64,000 bases of DNA from Acidimicrobiia bacterium (GTDB lineage Bacteria > Actinomycetota > Acidimicrobiia > Acidimicrobiales > VFJN01): NCBI GenBank assembly GCA_046565645.1, contig JBKHYD010000066.1:10528-74527 (forward strand), given 5' to 3'. The notes beneath the pieces were generated by a model. The model had not been told where the DNA came from. It worked only from the letters and a program-made list of their open reading frames with translations, and did no database searches. Made by a program: the position numbers and the translations under genes. Below are positions 48,633 through 58,434 of this stretch, one piece after another. How positions within the stretch are numbered: the stretch's first letter is position 1; each line of letters opens with the position of its first letter.

Positions 48633-49457
48633 ATGGGCCGCGACGGCATCCTCTCCGACCCGATCGACCTCGACGGCCGGGCCCGCCGCGGCCCGGAGCC
48701 GAAGCGGGTAGCCGCTCGCCGGGGCCTGGTGGTCGAGCACCGAGCCAGCGGCGTGGTCGGCTCGATCATCTCCTTCAACGACCAGGTGGTGGTGCTCAAC
48801 GACCGCTTCGGCCAGAACCGGCCGCTGCGGGTGCAGGCGGGCGGGTTCCTCGTCGACGGCGGGGTCGCCACCCTCGTCCCGCCGGCCGCCGCACCCCGCG
48901 GCCCGTCGATCACCGCCTCCGGCTCGCGGGCCGGCGAGGACCGGCGGGCCAGGGTGGCCCGGGCCAGCCGCATCCTGGTCGAGGGCATCCACGACGCCGA
49001 GCTGGTGGAGAAGGTGTGGGGCGACGACCTGCGCGACGTGGGCGTCGTGGTGGAGCGCCTCGACGGCATGGACGACCTCGAGGCCGTCGTGCGTGACCTC
49101 GACCCGGCGCCGGGCCGGCGGCTCGGCATCCTGCTCGACCACCTCGTGGACGGCTCGAAGGAGTCCCGCATGGCCTCCGTCGTGCGCCACCCCCACGTGC
49201 TCGTCACCGGCACCCCGTTCGTGGACGTGTGGGCGGCCGTGCGCCCGCAGGTGGCGGGGATCACGGCCTGGCCCGACGTCCCCCGCGGCGTCCCCTGGAA
49301 GGCCGGCGTCCTCCAGGCCCTCGGCGTGGACGCGCACCCCGGCGCCTTCTGGAAGCAGCTGCTGGGGAAGGTTCGCACCTACGCCGACCTCGACCCGGCG
49401 CTCGTCGGGGCGGTCGAGCAGCTCATCGACTTCGTCACCGAGGAGCCGGAGGGCTGA
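48633..49457 (+). CDS. DUF3097 family protein
   Basis: TASGS, ARASRILVEGIHDAELVEKVWGDDLR and LLDHLVDGSKE motifs. Confidence 0.9.
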   Translation: MGRDGILSDPIDLDGRARRGPEPKRVAARRGLVVEHRASGVVGSIISFNDQVVVLNDRFGQNRPLRVQAGGFLVDGGVATLVPPAAAPRGPSITASGSRAGEDRRARVARASRILVEGIHDAELVEKVWGDDLRDVGVVVERLDGMDDLEAVVRDLDPAPGRRLGILLDHLVDGSKESRMASVVRHPHVLVTGTPFVDVWAAVRPQVAGITAWPDVPRGVPWKAGVLQALGVDAHPGAFWKQLLGKVRTYADLDPALVGAVEQLIDFVTEEPEG

Positions 49458-49482
49458 GCACCGCCGCGTAGTGTCGGAGCCC

Positions 49483-50199
49483 ATGTCCGACGCCCCCAGC
49501 ACCGAGCCCGTCACCTGTGCCGTCGAGGACGGCGTGGCCGTCCTGCGCATCGACGACGGCAAGGTCAACGTCGTCAGCCACCGAGTGCTCGAGCTGCTCC
49601 ACGCCGGCCTCGACACCGCCCTGGCCGAGGCGAGGGCGGTCGCCATCGTCGGCCGGCCGGGCAAGCTCTCGGCCGGGTTCGACCTCACCGAGATGACCGC
49701 CGGCATCGACCGCACCCGAGCGCTGGTGGGCGCCGGCGGACGGTTCCTCATGCGCCTCTTCGACCACCCGCAGCCGGTGGTGGTGGCGGTCACCGGGCAC
49801 GCCCTGGCCGCGGGAGCGCTGCTGGCGCTGGCCTGCGACACCCGCATCGGTGCCGACGGCCCGGCCAAGATCGGCCTCAACGAGACCCAGATCGGGATGG
49901 GCCTCCCGGAGTACGCGGTGGCGCTGGCCCAGGCCCGCCTCTCCCCCGCCCACCTCACCCGGGGCGCCATCCAGGGCGAGGTGTACGACGCGCCCGGCGC
50001 CGTCGAGGCCGGCTACCTCGACTGGCTCGTCCCGGCCGAGCGGTGCGAGGCGGCCGCCATCGAGGAGGCGCGTCGCCTCGGCGGCTTCCGCACGGGCGCC
50101 TACAGCCACACCAAGTCGGCGCTGCGGCGCTCGCTCGCGGAGCGGATCCTGGCCGGCCTCGACGCCGACATGGCGTCCATCACCGCTCCGGAGGCCTGA
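49483..50199 (+). CDS. Crotonase/enoyl-CoA isomerase family protein
   Basis: DDGKVN, SAGFDL, GHALAAG and GLNE motifs. Confidence 0.92.
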   Translation: MSDAPSTEPVTCAVEDGVAVLRIDDGKVNVVSHRVLELLHAGLDTALAEARAVAIVGRPGKLSAGFDLTEMTAGIDRTRALVGAGGRFLMRLFDHPQPVVVAVTGHALAAGALLALACDTRIGADGPAKIGLNETQIGMGLPEYAVALAQARLSPAHLTRGAIQGEVYDAPGAVEAGYLDWLVPAERCEAAAIEEARRLGGFRTGAYSHTKSALRRSLAERILAGLDADMASITAPEA

Positions 50200-50272
50200 C
50201 CGGCGAGGCCGCCGCCTCGTCTACGCCCCGGTACCCGGCCGCCCCGGGGTCGACGCGCCTACGGTCGGGGTC

Positions 50273-51205
50273 GTGCGCGACCCCTCCCCGGCCCGCCTCG
50301 TCGTCCAGCAGGACGTGGCCGACGACCTGGCAGCCGGTCGGCCGGTGGTCGCGCTCGAGTCCACGATCGTCAGCCACGGACTGCCCCGACCGGACAACCT
50401 CGAGGTCGCCCGCCGGATCGAGCAGGCGGTCAGGGACGGCGGGGCGCGGCCAGCCACGATCGCGGTGGTGGACGGCGTGGCGTGCATCGGGCTCGACGAC
50501 GACCAGCTCGAGACGATCGCCACCGCCGACGACGTGGCCAAGGCCAGCGCCCGGGATCTCGCCGTGGTGGCCGCCCGCGGCGGCCACGCCGCCACCACGG
50601 TGGCCGCCACCGCCCACCTCGCGGCCGAGGCCGGCATCGCCGTCTTCGCCACCGGCGGCCTCGGCGGGGTGCACCGGGGGGCGGCAGAGACCTTCGACGA
50701 GTCGGGCGACCTCACCGCGCTGAGCCGGCTCCCGATCACCGTGGTGGCCGCGGGGGTGAAGTCGATCCTCGACGTGGCGGCCACGCTTGAGCGGCTCGAG
50801 TCCCTGGGCGTGGCCGTGGTCGGCTACGGCACCGACCGCTTCCCCGGCTTCTACCGGCGCGACAGCGGCTTCCCGGTCGACTGGCGGGTCGACTCGCCCG
50901 AGGAGGTGGCCGCGATCATGGCCGCCCGGGCCACCCTGGGCACCGACGGCGCCGCGCTGCTGGTCGCCAACCCGGTGGCCGAAGACGAGCAGGTCGACGC
51001 CGAGCTCCACGACCGCGTGCTGGCCGAGGGCCTCGCGGCTGCCGCCGCAGAGGGCATCCGAGGCAAGGCCGTCACCCCCTTCCTGCTGGAGCGGTTCCAC
51101 CGGGAGACGAGGGGCGAGAGCCTGCGCTCCAACATCGCCATCATCCTCGCCAACGCCCACCTGGCCGCCCGGATCGCAGCGGCGGCCGCGCCGGCCGGCG
51201 CCTGA
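50273..51205 (+). CDS. psuG: Pseudouridine-5'-phosphate glycosidase
   Basis: VALESTIVSHGLP, ATTVA, TGGLGGVHRG, AGVKSILD and TPFLL motifs. Confidence 0.95.
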   Translation: MRDPSPARLVVQQDVADDLAAGRPVVALESTIVSHGLPRPDNLEVARRIEQAVRDGGARPATIAVVDGVACIGLDDDQLETIATADDVAKASARDLAVVAARGGHAATTVAATAHLAAEAGIAVFATGGLGGVHRGAAETFDESGDLTALSRLPITVVAAGVKSILDVAATLERLESLGVAVVGYGTDRFPGFYRRDSGFPVDWRVDSPEEVAAIMAARATLGTDGAALLVANPVAEDEQVDAELHDRVLAEGLAAAAAEGIRGKAVTPFLLERFHRETRGESLRSNIAIILANAHLAARIAAAAAPAGA

Positions 51206-51212
51206 GCCCCTC

Positions 51213-52103
51213 ATGCCCTCCGGGAGCGGCGAGGGCGAGGTGCTGGTCGTCGGCGACCTCCTCGTCGACGTGGTCGTCGTCCCGTCCGGGCCGATCCAGC
51301 ACGCCAGCGACGTCCCTTCCCGGGTGCGAGCGGGCGGCGGCGGGTCGGCCGCCAACACGGCCTGCTGGCTGGCCAGCACCGGCCGCTCGACCGCCCTCGT
51401 GGCGATGGTCGGCGACGACGCGGTGGCGCCCGGCGCCCTGGCCGACCTCGAGGCCAGCGGGGTGGTCTTCGCGGGTGCCACGGCGGCAGGCGAAGCCACC
51501 GGCACCTGCGTGGTGCTCGTCGATCCCGACGGCGAACGGACCATGTTCCCCGACCGCGGGGCCAACGACCGACTCGAGGCTGCGCTGGTGGTCGGCGCGC
51601 TCGCGCGTCGGTCGCCGGCGTGGCTCCACCTGTCGGGCTACACGCTGCTCGACGAGGGCTCCCGACCGGCGGGCCTCGCGGCCCTGGAGCGAGCCCGCTC
51701 GATCGGGCTGCCGGCCTCCGTCGACGCCTCCAGTGCCGGGCCGCTGCGCCACGTCGGCGGAGCCGCCTTCCTCGACTGGGTCGACGGCGTCGGCATCCTG
51801 TTCGCCAACGACGACGAGCTGGACGCGCTCGGCGGAGCGAGGGCAGTGGTGCCCCGCGCCGGAGCGCTGGTGGTCAAGCACGGTCCGGCCGGCGTGTCGT
51901 GGGTGACATCTGAGGGCGCCACGTCGGCCCCCGCCGAGACCACCGCCGTCGTCGACACGATCGGCGCCGGCGACGCCCTCGACGCCGGCGTCATCGCCGC
52001 CGTGCTCGACGGGGCCTCGCCGGGGGATGCGCTCGCAGCCGGCACCCGCCTCGCCGCCCAGGCCGTCGCCCGCCCCGGCGCCCGCCCCCCGACCCACGCC
52101 TAG
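51213..52103 (+). CDS. PfkB kinase, probable pseudouridine kinase
   Basis: GGSAANTA and DTIGAGD motifs; 7 nt after psuG. Confidence 0.85.
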   Translation: MPSGSGEGEVLVVGDLLVDVVVVPSGPIQHASDVPSRVRAGGGGSAANTACWLASTGRSTALVAMVGDDAVAPGALADLEASGVVFAGATAAGEATGTCVVLVDPDGERTMFPDRGANDRLEAALVVGALARRSPAWLHLSGYTLLDEGSRPAGLAALERARSIGLPASVDASSAGPLRHVGGAAFLDWVDGVGILFANDDELDALGGARAVVPRAGALVVKHGPAGVSWVTSEGATSAPAETTAVVDTIGAGDALDAGVIAAVLDGASPGDALAAGTRLAAQAVARPGARPPTHA

Positions 52104-52189
52104 GCCCCCGCACCCCAACCCCGCGCGTTCGTGCGACGGCCAACGACAGGTGTTGCTCCTCCAGGTTCGCCAGGAGGCGGGGTCGGACC

Positions 52190-53746
52190 TCAGGAGGCGA
52201 CGGCGGCGGGCGTCGGGGCGGGGGCGGCGGGCTCGACCGGGACGGGGTTGGAGAGCTCCATCGCCTCGTCGACCACGTCGCTGCGCTTCAGGGCCCGGTA
52301 GTCGGCCAGGTAGCTCTGGTACACCCGCCACGGGGCCCGGCTGCCTTGCTTGGGGAACCGGTCGGCGCTGCGGGTGACGTAGCCGGACTGGAGGCCGAGC
52401 AGCGGCTCCGGCGCGATGGACGGGTCGGTGTTGCGCGGGGTGGCCTGGCGCATCCCGGTGGCCCGGAGGTGGTTGAGCAGCCGGGTGACGTAGCCGAAGG
52501 TGAGGTCCACCTTCAGCGTCCAGCTGGCGTTCGTGTAGCCGATGGCGAGGGCCGCGTTCGGGACGCCCTCGAGCATCATCCCCTTGTAGGCCAGGCGGCT
52601 GCTCACGTCCACGACCTCGCCGTCGACCGACAGCTCGATGCCCCCGAGGAACAGCAGCTCGAGCCCGGTCGCGGTGACGATGACGTCGGCCTCGAGCTCC
52701 TCGCCCGAGCGGAGCCGGATGCCGGTCTCGGTGAACGTGTCGATGTGGTCGGTGACCACCGACGCCCGACCCTCCCGAATGGCTCGGAACAGGTCCCCGT
52801 CCGGCACGGCGCAGAGGCGCTGGTCCCACGGGTCGTAGCTGGGGTTGAAGTGGGTGTCGACGTCGTACCCGGCCGGCAGCTGGCGCTCCACGCCCTTGCG
52901 GAGCACCTTGCGCATGAACCCGGGCCACCGCTGGCTGGCGAAGTAGCTGGCCTGGGTGCCGAGGGCCAGCATCCAGCGGATGGCGGTGCTGGCCGGCTTC
53001 TCGGGGAGGGTGCGGCGGAGGACCTCGGCCAGCGGGTTCTTGCCGGGCATCGACACGATGTAGGTGGGCGAGCGCTGGAGCATCGTGACGTGCTCGGCTG
53101 AGTCGGCCAGCGAGGGCACGAGCGTGACCGCGGTGGCCCCCGAGCCGATCACCACGATCCGCTGGCCGGCGTGGTCGAGGTCCTCGGGCCAGTGCTGCGG
53201 GTGGACGATCGTCCCGGCGAAGCGGTCTCGGCCGGGGAAGTCGGGCTCGTAGCCGTGGTCGTACCGGTAGTAGCCGGTGCAGGAGAGCAGCCAGCCCGCG
53301 GTCAGCTCGAACCGCTCCCCGGTGTCGGTGCGCTCGGCGGTGACGTGCCAGCGGGCGTCGGCGCTCGACCACGCGGCCGCCACCACCTTGTGGTGGAACC
53401 GGATCTTCTCGTCGATCCCGTAGGTGCTCGCCGTCTCCTCGATGTAGCGGAGGATGGAGGCGCCGTCCGCGATGGTCTTCTCGCCGTCCCACGGGCGGAA
53501 CGAGTAGCCGAGCGTGAACATGTCGGAGTCCGACCGGATGCCCGGGTACCGGAACAGGTCCCACGTGCCGCCGATGGCGCCACGGGCCTCGAAGATGGCG
53601 TAGGACGCCCACGGGGTCTTGTGCTGGAGGTACCAGCCGGCGCCGACGCCGGAGAGCCCGGCGCCGATGACGAGCACGTCGAGGTGCTCGCGCTCGGCGC
53701 CGTCCGAGCCGGCGGCGGGGGCGAGGGGGGCGGTCTCAGGCGGCAC
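52190..53746 (-). CDS. Flavin-containing (Baeyer-Villiger type, EthA/AlmA-like) monooxygenase
   Basis: GAGLSG, GGTWDLFRYPGIRSDSD, FAGTIVHPQHW, GSGATA and TATG motifs. Confidence 0.94.
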   Translation of the reverse strand: MPPETAPLAPAAGSDGAEREHLDVLVIGAGLSGVGAGWYLQHKTPWASYAIFEARGAIGGTWDLFRYPGIRSDSDMFTLGYSFRPWDGEKTIADGASILRYIEETASTYGIDEKIRFHHKVVAAAWSSADARWHVTAERTDTGERFELTAGWLLSCTGYYRYDHGYEPDFPGRDRFAGTIVHPQHWPEDLDHAGQRIVVIGSGATAVTLVPSLADSAEHVTMLQRSPTYIVSMPGKNPLAEVLRRTLPEKPASTAIRWMLALGTQASYFASQRWPGFMRKVLRKGVERQLPAGYDVDTHFNPSYDPWDQRLCAVPDGDLFRAIREGRASVVTDHIDTFTETGIRLRSGEELEADVIVTATGLELLFLGGIELSVDGEVVDVSSRLAYKGMMLEGVPNAALAIGYTNASWTLKVDLTFGYVTRLLNHLRATGMRQATPRNTDPSIAPEPLLGLQSGYVTRSADRFPKQGSRAPWRVYQSYLADYRALKRSDVVDEAMELSNPVPVEPAAPAPTPAAVAS

Positions 53747-54626
53747 GACCGACCAGCTTGTCGTTGAGGGAGCCCTCGGTGCCGAAGAGGATGGCCCGCC
53801 ACTCCTCCACGAGGGCGGTGGTGTCGCGGTCGTCGGGGTGGAAGTCGGGCCGGTCGTAGTCCTTCAGCTGGCGCCACAGCTCCCTGCTCATGAGCGGCGA
53901 GGAGCGGAACCGGCGCCAGGAGCGCCGCAGGGTGCCCCACCGCCGGGTGGCCGGGTCCTTGGCCAGCGAGACGGCGATCTGCAGCGCCATGCCCAGCACG
54001 AAGCCGATCCGGATGTACTTCATGGTCAGCACCCGGGTGCGCTCCGAGCCCCCGACCGCTCGGTACACGTCGAAGGCCACCGCCTTGTGCTCGCTCTCCT
54101 CGAGGGCGTGCCAGACGAAGAGGTTGCGGACCTCGTCGTGGCCGAACAGGGCCCGGACCTCCTCGCTGGTGAGGACCAGCTCGGCCAGGGTGGCGGTGAA
54201 GTGCTCGAGCGCCACGGTGAGGGCCAGGTTGGCCTGCGGGGACAGGTGCCGCTCCCGGAACGTGAGGCCCTTGTGGGTGAGCTTCTCGAAGGCCTTGGTG
54301 GGGTAGCCGAGCTGGGCCAGCCGGTCGTTGAAGGCGCGGTGCTCGCGGCCGTGGACCGCCTCCTGCCCGATGAAGCCGGCCACCTGGCGCTTCAGCTCGG
54401 GGTCGGTGATGTCGTCGCGGTAGTGCCGGACCGACCGGACGAAGAAGTCCTCCCCGTCGGGGAACACCGCCGACAGCGAGGCGGCGAGGTGGCTGAGGAG
54501 CAGGTCGCCGTCCGCCGCGAAGTGCTTGGGGACCGTCTGGAGCGCCTCCTCGAAGGAGATGCGCCGGGTGGGCACCTTGCGGTCGGCCAGGGCCTCGGAA
54601 GCGCCCGTCGGAGCGGGGGTGGTCAT
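53736..54626 (-). CDS. Predicted metal-dependent hydrolase (PF10118-like, ExxH repeats)
   Basis: FPDGEDFF, QEAVHGREH, LEHFT and WHALEESEHK motifs. Confidence 0.9.
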   Translation of the reverse strand: MTTPAPTGASEALADRKVPTRRISFEEALQTVPKHFAADGDLLLSHLAASLSAVFPDGEDFFVRSVRHYRDDITDPELKRQVAGFIGQEAVHGREHRAFNDRLAQLGYPTKAFEKLTHKGLTFRERHLSPQANLALTVALEHFTATLAELVLTSEEVRALFGHDEVRNLFVWHALEESEHKAVAFDVYRAVGGSERTRVLTMKYIRIGFVLGMALQIAVSLAKDPATRRWGTLRRSWRRFRSSPLMSRELWRQLKDYDRPDFHPDDRDTTALVEEWRAILFGTEGSLNDKLVGRAA

Positions 54627-54649
54627 CGTCACGCTACCCAGAGTAGAAG

Positions 54650-54678
54650 ATTTGAGGACTTCCATCAATTCCTCAATT
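54650..54678. promoter_or_regulatory. Candidate TetR operator TTGAGGA-N11-TCCTCAA
   Basis: AT-rich inverted repeat in the divergent intergenic region. Confidence 0.6.
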
Positions 54679-54695
54679 CAGTTACGTTGGTCACC

Positions 54696-55310
54696 GTGAC
54701 CGACCTGGCCATCGAGCACGAGGAGCCCCTCAGCAAGGGCGAGCGCACCCGGCGCACCATCCTCGAGGCAGCCATCGCCCGCTTCGGGCGGGATGGCTAC
54801 CGCGCCACCTCCGTGGCCGACATCGCTCGCGACGCCGGGGTGAGCGGCACCGCCGCCTACGCCTACTTCCCCAACAAGGAGGCGCTGTTCGTCGCCGCGG
54901 TGGACCACGACGCGGCCGCCGTCATCCGCTCCGGGCTGACCGAGATCATCGAGGACCCGGACATCGAGGACTGGCGCCGCACGCTCATCTTCACGCTGGT
55001 GGAGTCGGTGGAGCGCCATCCCCTGGCCCGCCGGCTCCTCGCCGGCCAGGAGCCGGGCGTGACGGACCGGGTGATGGACGTCCCGGCCCTGGCCGAGGTC
55101 CGCAAGGCCTGTGCCGAGCGGATCCGGGCCGACCAGCTGAGCGGCCTGGTGCGGCCTGACATCGACCCCATCGCCGTCGGCAACGGCGTGGTGGCGATCG
55201 TGCTCTCGCTCTTGATGTCGCTGCTCCAGGTCGGCCCGGCCGCCGCCGTGGCCTACGGGGCGGACGTGGCTGCGGTGTTCGAGGCCGCCCTCGCCCCCTC
55301 CCGGCGCTGA
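54696..55310 (+). CDS. TetR family regulator
   Basis: TSVADIARDAGVS...YAYFPNKEAL HTH. Confidence 0.93.
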   Translation: MTDLAIEHEEPLSKGERTRRTILEAAIARFGRDGYRATSVADIARDAGVSGTAAYAYFPNKEALFVAAVDHDAAAVIRSGLTEIIEDPDIEDWRRTLIFTLVESVERHPLARRLLAGQEPGVTDRVMDVPALAEVRKACAERIRADQLSGLVRPDIDPIAVGNGVVAIVLSLLMSLLQVGPAAAVAYGADVAAVFEAALAPSRR

Positions 55311-55342
55311 ACCGACCTATCTGGACAGGTGTCCGGTGCCCG

Positions 55343-56326
55343 GTGGAGGATCCCGGGATGACGACGCCGCTCCCCCGCACGCCGGTCCGCATCGACGGGC
55401 TCTTCGACGACCCCGACGTCGTGGAGCAACTCCTCGTGCAGCACGCGCCCTACTGGCCGGTGCAGCGCTACTTCGAGAACCGCGCCGAGTACGCCGCCCT
55501 GTCCGGCTCCCCGGGAGGCGCCCCGATGGTGGTCGGTCCCGTCTTCCGCGGCGACTGGGCCTTCGACGGCGACGTGCGGGAAGGCGTGCAGGCGATCCTC
55601 GACCACCCGGCGCTCTCGGAGGCCGCCCGGCAGGTCTTCCACGCCGAGATCGTGCGCCCCCACACCGTGTACGTGAACCTCACCCACCAGCTGCCCTTCC
55701 CGCAGGGCCGCGGCCACACCGACATCCCCGCCTTCCGGGGCTTCGACCGCACCACGATCCCGGTGGCCTTCCTCACGATCATGGGCCAGTCGAGGCTCTT
55801 CGAGGACGTGCGGGTGAAGGTGGCCACCGCGGTGGCGTGGTTCTACGACGGCGACGACGGCGGCTTCGAGTACTGGCCGGACGGCGGCGACCAGCCCCCG
55901 ATCGTCCACGAGGGATCGATCACCAACACGGCCGTGGTGGCCGACAACGACTTCATGTGGCACCGGGTGCGGCCCACCGGGCGACCCGAGGACGGGCTGC
56001 CGTCGCTCACCCTCGACAGCCAGCTCGAGCACCGTGCCGGCGACCGCTGGGCGATCGTGGACGGCGAGCGCACCGTGGCCGAGACGGACCGGCGAGGCCT
56101 GCGGGTGAGCCTGTCGTGGAAGGCCACCGTCTTCGAGGACGACGCCGACCGCCGGCGCCACGACGAGCACCTCGAGGACATCGACCTCGCCACCGTCCTC
56201 GACCGGTTCCGGAGCGACCTCGAGCAGCGGGGCACGCCCGTGACCATCCCGGCCGACCCGCTGCGGGACCCCGCGTTCATCCAGGCGCTCGTCGACGCCT
56301 ACGTGCGCTTCCCGGTCGGCACCTGA
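55343..56326 (+). CDS. Hypothetical protein, possible Fe(II)/2OG oxygenase fold
   Basis: GHTD (HxD), GGFEYW and WHRV motifs; the start may be ATG at 55358. Confidence 0.65.
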   Translation: MEDPGMTTPLPRTPVRIDGLFDDPDVVEQLLVQHAPYWPVQRYFENRAEYAALSGSPGGAPMVVGPVFRGDWAFDGDVREGVQAILDHPALSEAARQVFHAEIVRPHTVYVNLTHQLPFPQGRGHTDIPAFRGFDRTTIPVAFLTIMGQSRLFEDVRVKVATAVAWFYDGDDGGFEYWPDGGDQPPIVHEGSITNTAVVADNDFMWHRVRPTGRPEDGLPSLTLDSQLEHRAGDRWAIVDGERTVAETDRRGLRVSLSWKATVFEDDADRRRHDEHLEDIDLATVLDRFRSDLEQRGTPVTIPADPLRDPAFIQALVDAYVRFPVGT

Positions 56327-56373
56327 GCGGCGACGGCCGCGCGCCGAGCGCTGCGCTGAGGTAGGACCAGGCG

Positions 56374-56832
56374 ATGCCCACGCTGCTCGTCGTCCACCAC
56401 ACCACCTCCCCCTCTCTGCACACGATGCTGGACGCGGTGCGCACCGGCGCCGCCGCGCCCGAGCTCGACCCGCCGGTGACGGTGGAGGTCCGGGCCGCGC
56501 TGGCGGCCACGGCCGCCGACGTGCTGGCCGCCGACGGCTACGTCCTCGGGTGCCCGGCCAACCTCGGCTACCTGGCCGGGGCGATGAAGCACTTCTTCGA
56601 CACCGTGTACTACCCGTGCCTGGAGGACACGGTGGGCCGGCCCTTCGCGGCGTACCTCCACGGCAACGACGACACCACCGGGGCCCGGGTGGCGATCGAG
56701 AAGATCACCACCGGGCTGAGGTGGGCCCGGGTGGCCCAGACCGTCGAGGTGCGCGGGGCCCCCACCGCCGAGGACCGGGACGCCTGCTGGAACCTCGGCG
56801 CGGTGGTGGCGGCCACGATCGGGCAGCGCTGA
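56374..56832 (+). CDS. Flavodoxin/NAD(P)H-dependent FMN reductase family protein
   Basis: LLVVHHT, LGCPANLGYLAGAMKHFFD and HGN.D..G motifs. Confidence 0.88.
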   Translation: MPTLLVVHHTTSPSLHTMLDAVRTGAAAPELDPPVTVEVRAALAATAADVLAADGYVLGCPANLGYLAGAMKHFFDTVYYPCLEDTVGRPFAAYLHGNDDTTGARVAIEKITTGLRWARVAQTVEVRGAPTAEDRDACWNLGAVVAATIGQR

Positions 56833-56890
56833 GCGATCGAGCCGGGCTCGGCGGGAGGAAGCCGACCCTCGAAGGGCGAACGCCCACGTC

Positions 56891-58396
56891 ATGCACCGTC
56901 GGACGATCGCCGTCGTGGGCCTTGCCACGCTCGTGCTCGCCCTCGTGGCGCCGCGGGCGACGGCTGACACCTACCAGGATCCGGACTACCTCGCCTTCGA
57001 CCTGGACAACATGGCGCGGACGACCGAGCGCCAAGGCTACCACTTCACCACGCCCGAGTTCTGGCTGGCCTCGGCCGACGCCTTCCGGGAGAGCTGGCTG
57101 ACCGGCGTCCAGCGCCAGGCGCGCGACCTCGAGGAGCGGCGCCTCCACCTCACCGTCGGGCAGCTGGCGCCGGGCGGCAACGTCGGCGACCCCGAGACGT
57201 ACTTCGCACCCGAGCGCATCGAGGTCGAGTTCATCGACCGCTCCGGGGCGAAGCTGGTCGGCAACGTGTGGCCGTGCACCGAACCCGGGCCCGACGGCTG
57301 CCCGGGCGTGGTGATCACCACCGGCTCGATCCAGGTCACCCAGCACATGTACAGCTGGCTCACCCGCCACCTGCAGCGCCACGGGTACACCGTGCTGAGC
57401 TACGACGTGCGGGGCCAGGGCGAGTCCGAGACCACGACCGACGGGGAGCCGCTCCGCCGGCCGGCCAACCCGCAGGAGGCAGCCAACTTCGAGAACGGGA
57501 CCGTCGACGCGCTGCGGTTCCTGCTCTCCACCCCGGATGCTCCCTACGTGCCCGTCGGGATGGGCAGCCAGCCCGACGCGGCGGGCGTCGTGGACCACAA
57601 CCCGGCCTGGAGCTCCCTCGACCGCAGCCGGGTCGCCCTGGTCGGCCACTCGCTCGGAGCCAGCGCCGTGTCGACCGTGCAGCAGTGCACCAGCGCCTCC
57701 GACACCGTCCTGCCGGTCGACGAGCTCCCCGCCGCGTGCGCCGGCCAGCACTTCCCGATCGTCGCGATCGTCGCCTACGACTCGCTCTCGGCCCCCGCCC
57801 ACCGGCTCGTCCCGGCGCTCGACCACCGCGCCGACGGCTACTTCGTGAACGCCGTCCCCACCCCGACCGCGCCGGCCCCCGACGGCCGCGTGTCGCCCAC
57901 CTCCGTCTACGGCCTCTGGCGCGACGCCGGCCAGGACACCTGCGTGCTGACCGTCCGGGGCGGGACCCATGCCGAGTGGTCGGAGATCCCCTATGTCGTG
58001 TCGGCCACCCGCTACGGCATCCCCCAGGCCGCCTACTACACGCTGGCGTGGCTGGACCGGTACCTGAGCGCCGACCCGGTCGTGAACGATGCCGGGTTCG
58101 AGGCACTGCGCCTCGGGCCCATCCCCGCCGAGCCGGACGGGCAGCACCTCGCCCACCGGGCGTCGCTGCTGTCGGGCAAGCACCGCAGCGCCTGCTACGT
58201 CTCCAACCCCCACCGGGGGGCCCGCCACGCCCACGAGCGCGCTCGGCTGGTATCTCACCTCGGGCCCTTCGACGCCCCCGACCTCCGGGCCTACGCCGGC
58301 GTCGCCCCCGTCGGCGACTGGGCCGCGCTCAACGCCGAGCGCGAGCACGGCCAAGCCCCCCAGGGCCTCCTCCACCCGGTTCCGCCCGCCGGCTGA
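56891..58396 (+). CDS. Secreted alpha/beta hydrolase
   Basis: Sec signal peptide; YDVRGQGES, GHSLG and GGTH motifs. Confidence 0.85.
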   Translation: MHRRTIAVVGLATLVLALVAPRATADTYQDPDYLAFDLDNMARTTERQGYHFTTPEFWLASADAFRESWLTGVQRQARDLEERRLHLTVGQLAPGGNVGDPETYFAPERIEVEFIDRSGAKLVGNVWPCTEPGPDGCPGVVITTGSIQVTQHMYSWLTRHLQRHGYTVLSYDVRGQGESETTTDGEPLRRPANPQEAANFENGTVDALRFLLSTPDAPYVPVGMGSQPDAAGVVDHNPAWSSLDRSRVALVGHSLGASAVSTVQQCTSASDTVLPVDELPAACAGQHFPIVAIVAYDSLSAPAHRLVPALDHRADGYFVNAVPTPTAPAPDGRVSPTSVYGLWRDAGQDTCVLTVRGGTHAEWSEIPYVVSATRYGIPQAAYYTLAWLDRYLSADPVVNDAGFEALRLGPIPAEPDGQHLAHRASLLSGKHRSACYVSNPHRGARHAHERARLVSHLGPFDAPDLRAYAGVAPVGDWAALNAEREHGQAPQGLLHPVPPAG

Positions 58397-58434
58397 GCGG
58401 CCCCCAGCAGGGGCGCGGGTGCTAGGAACCCGCC

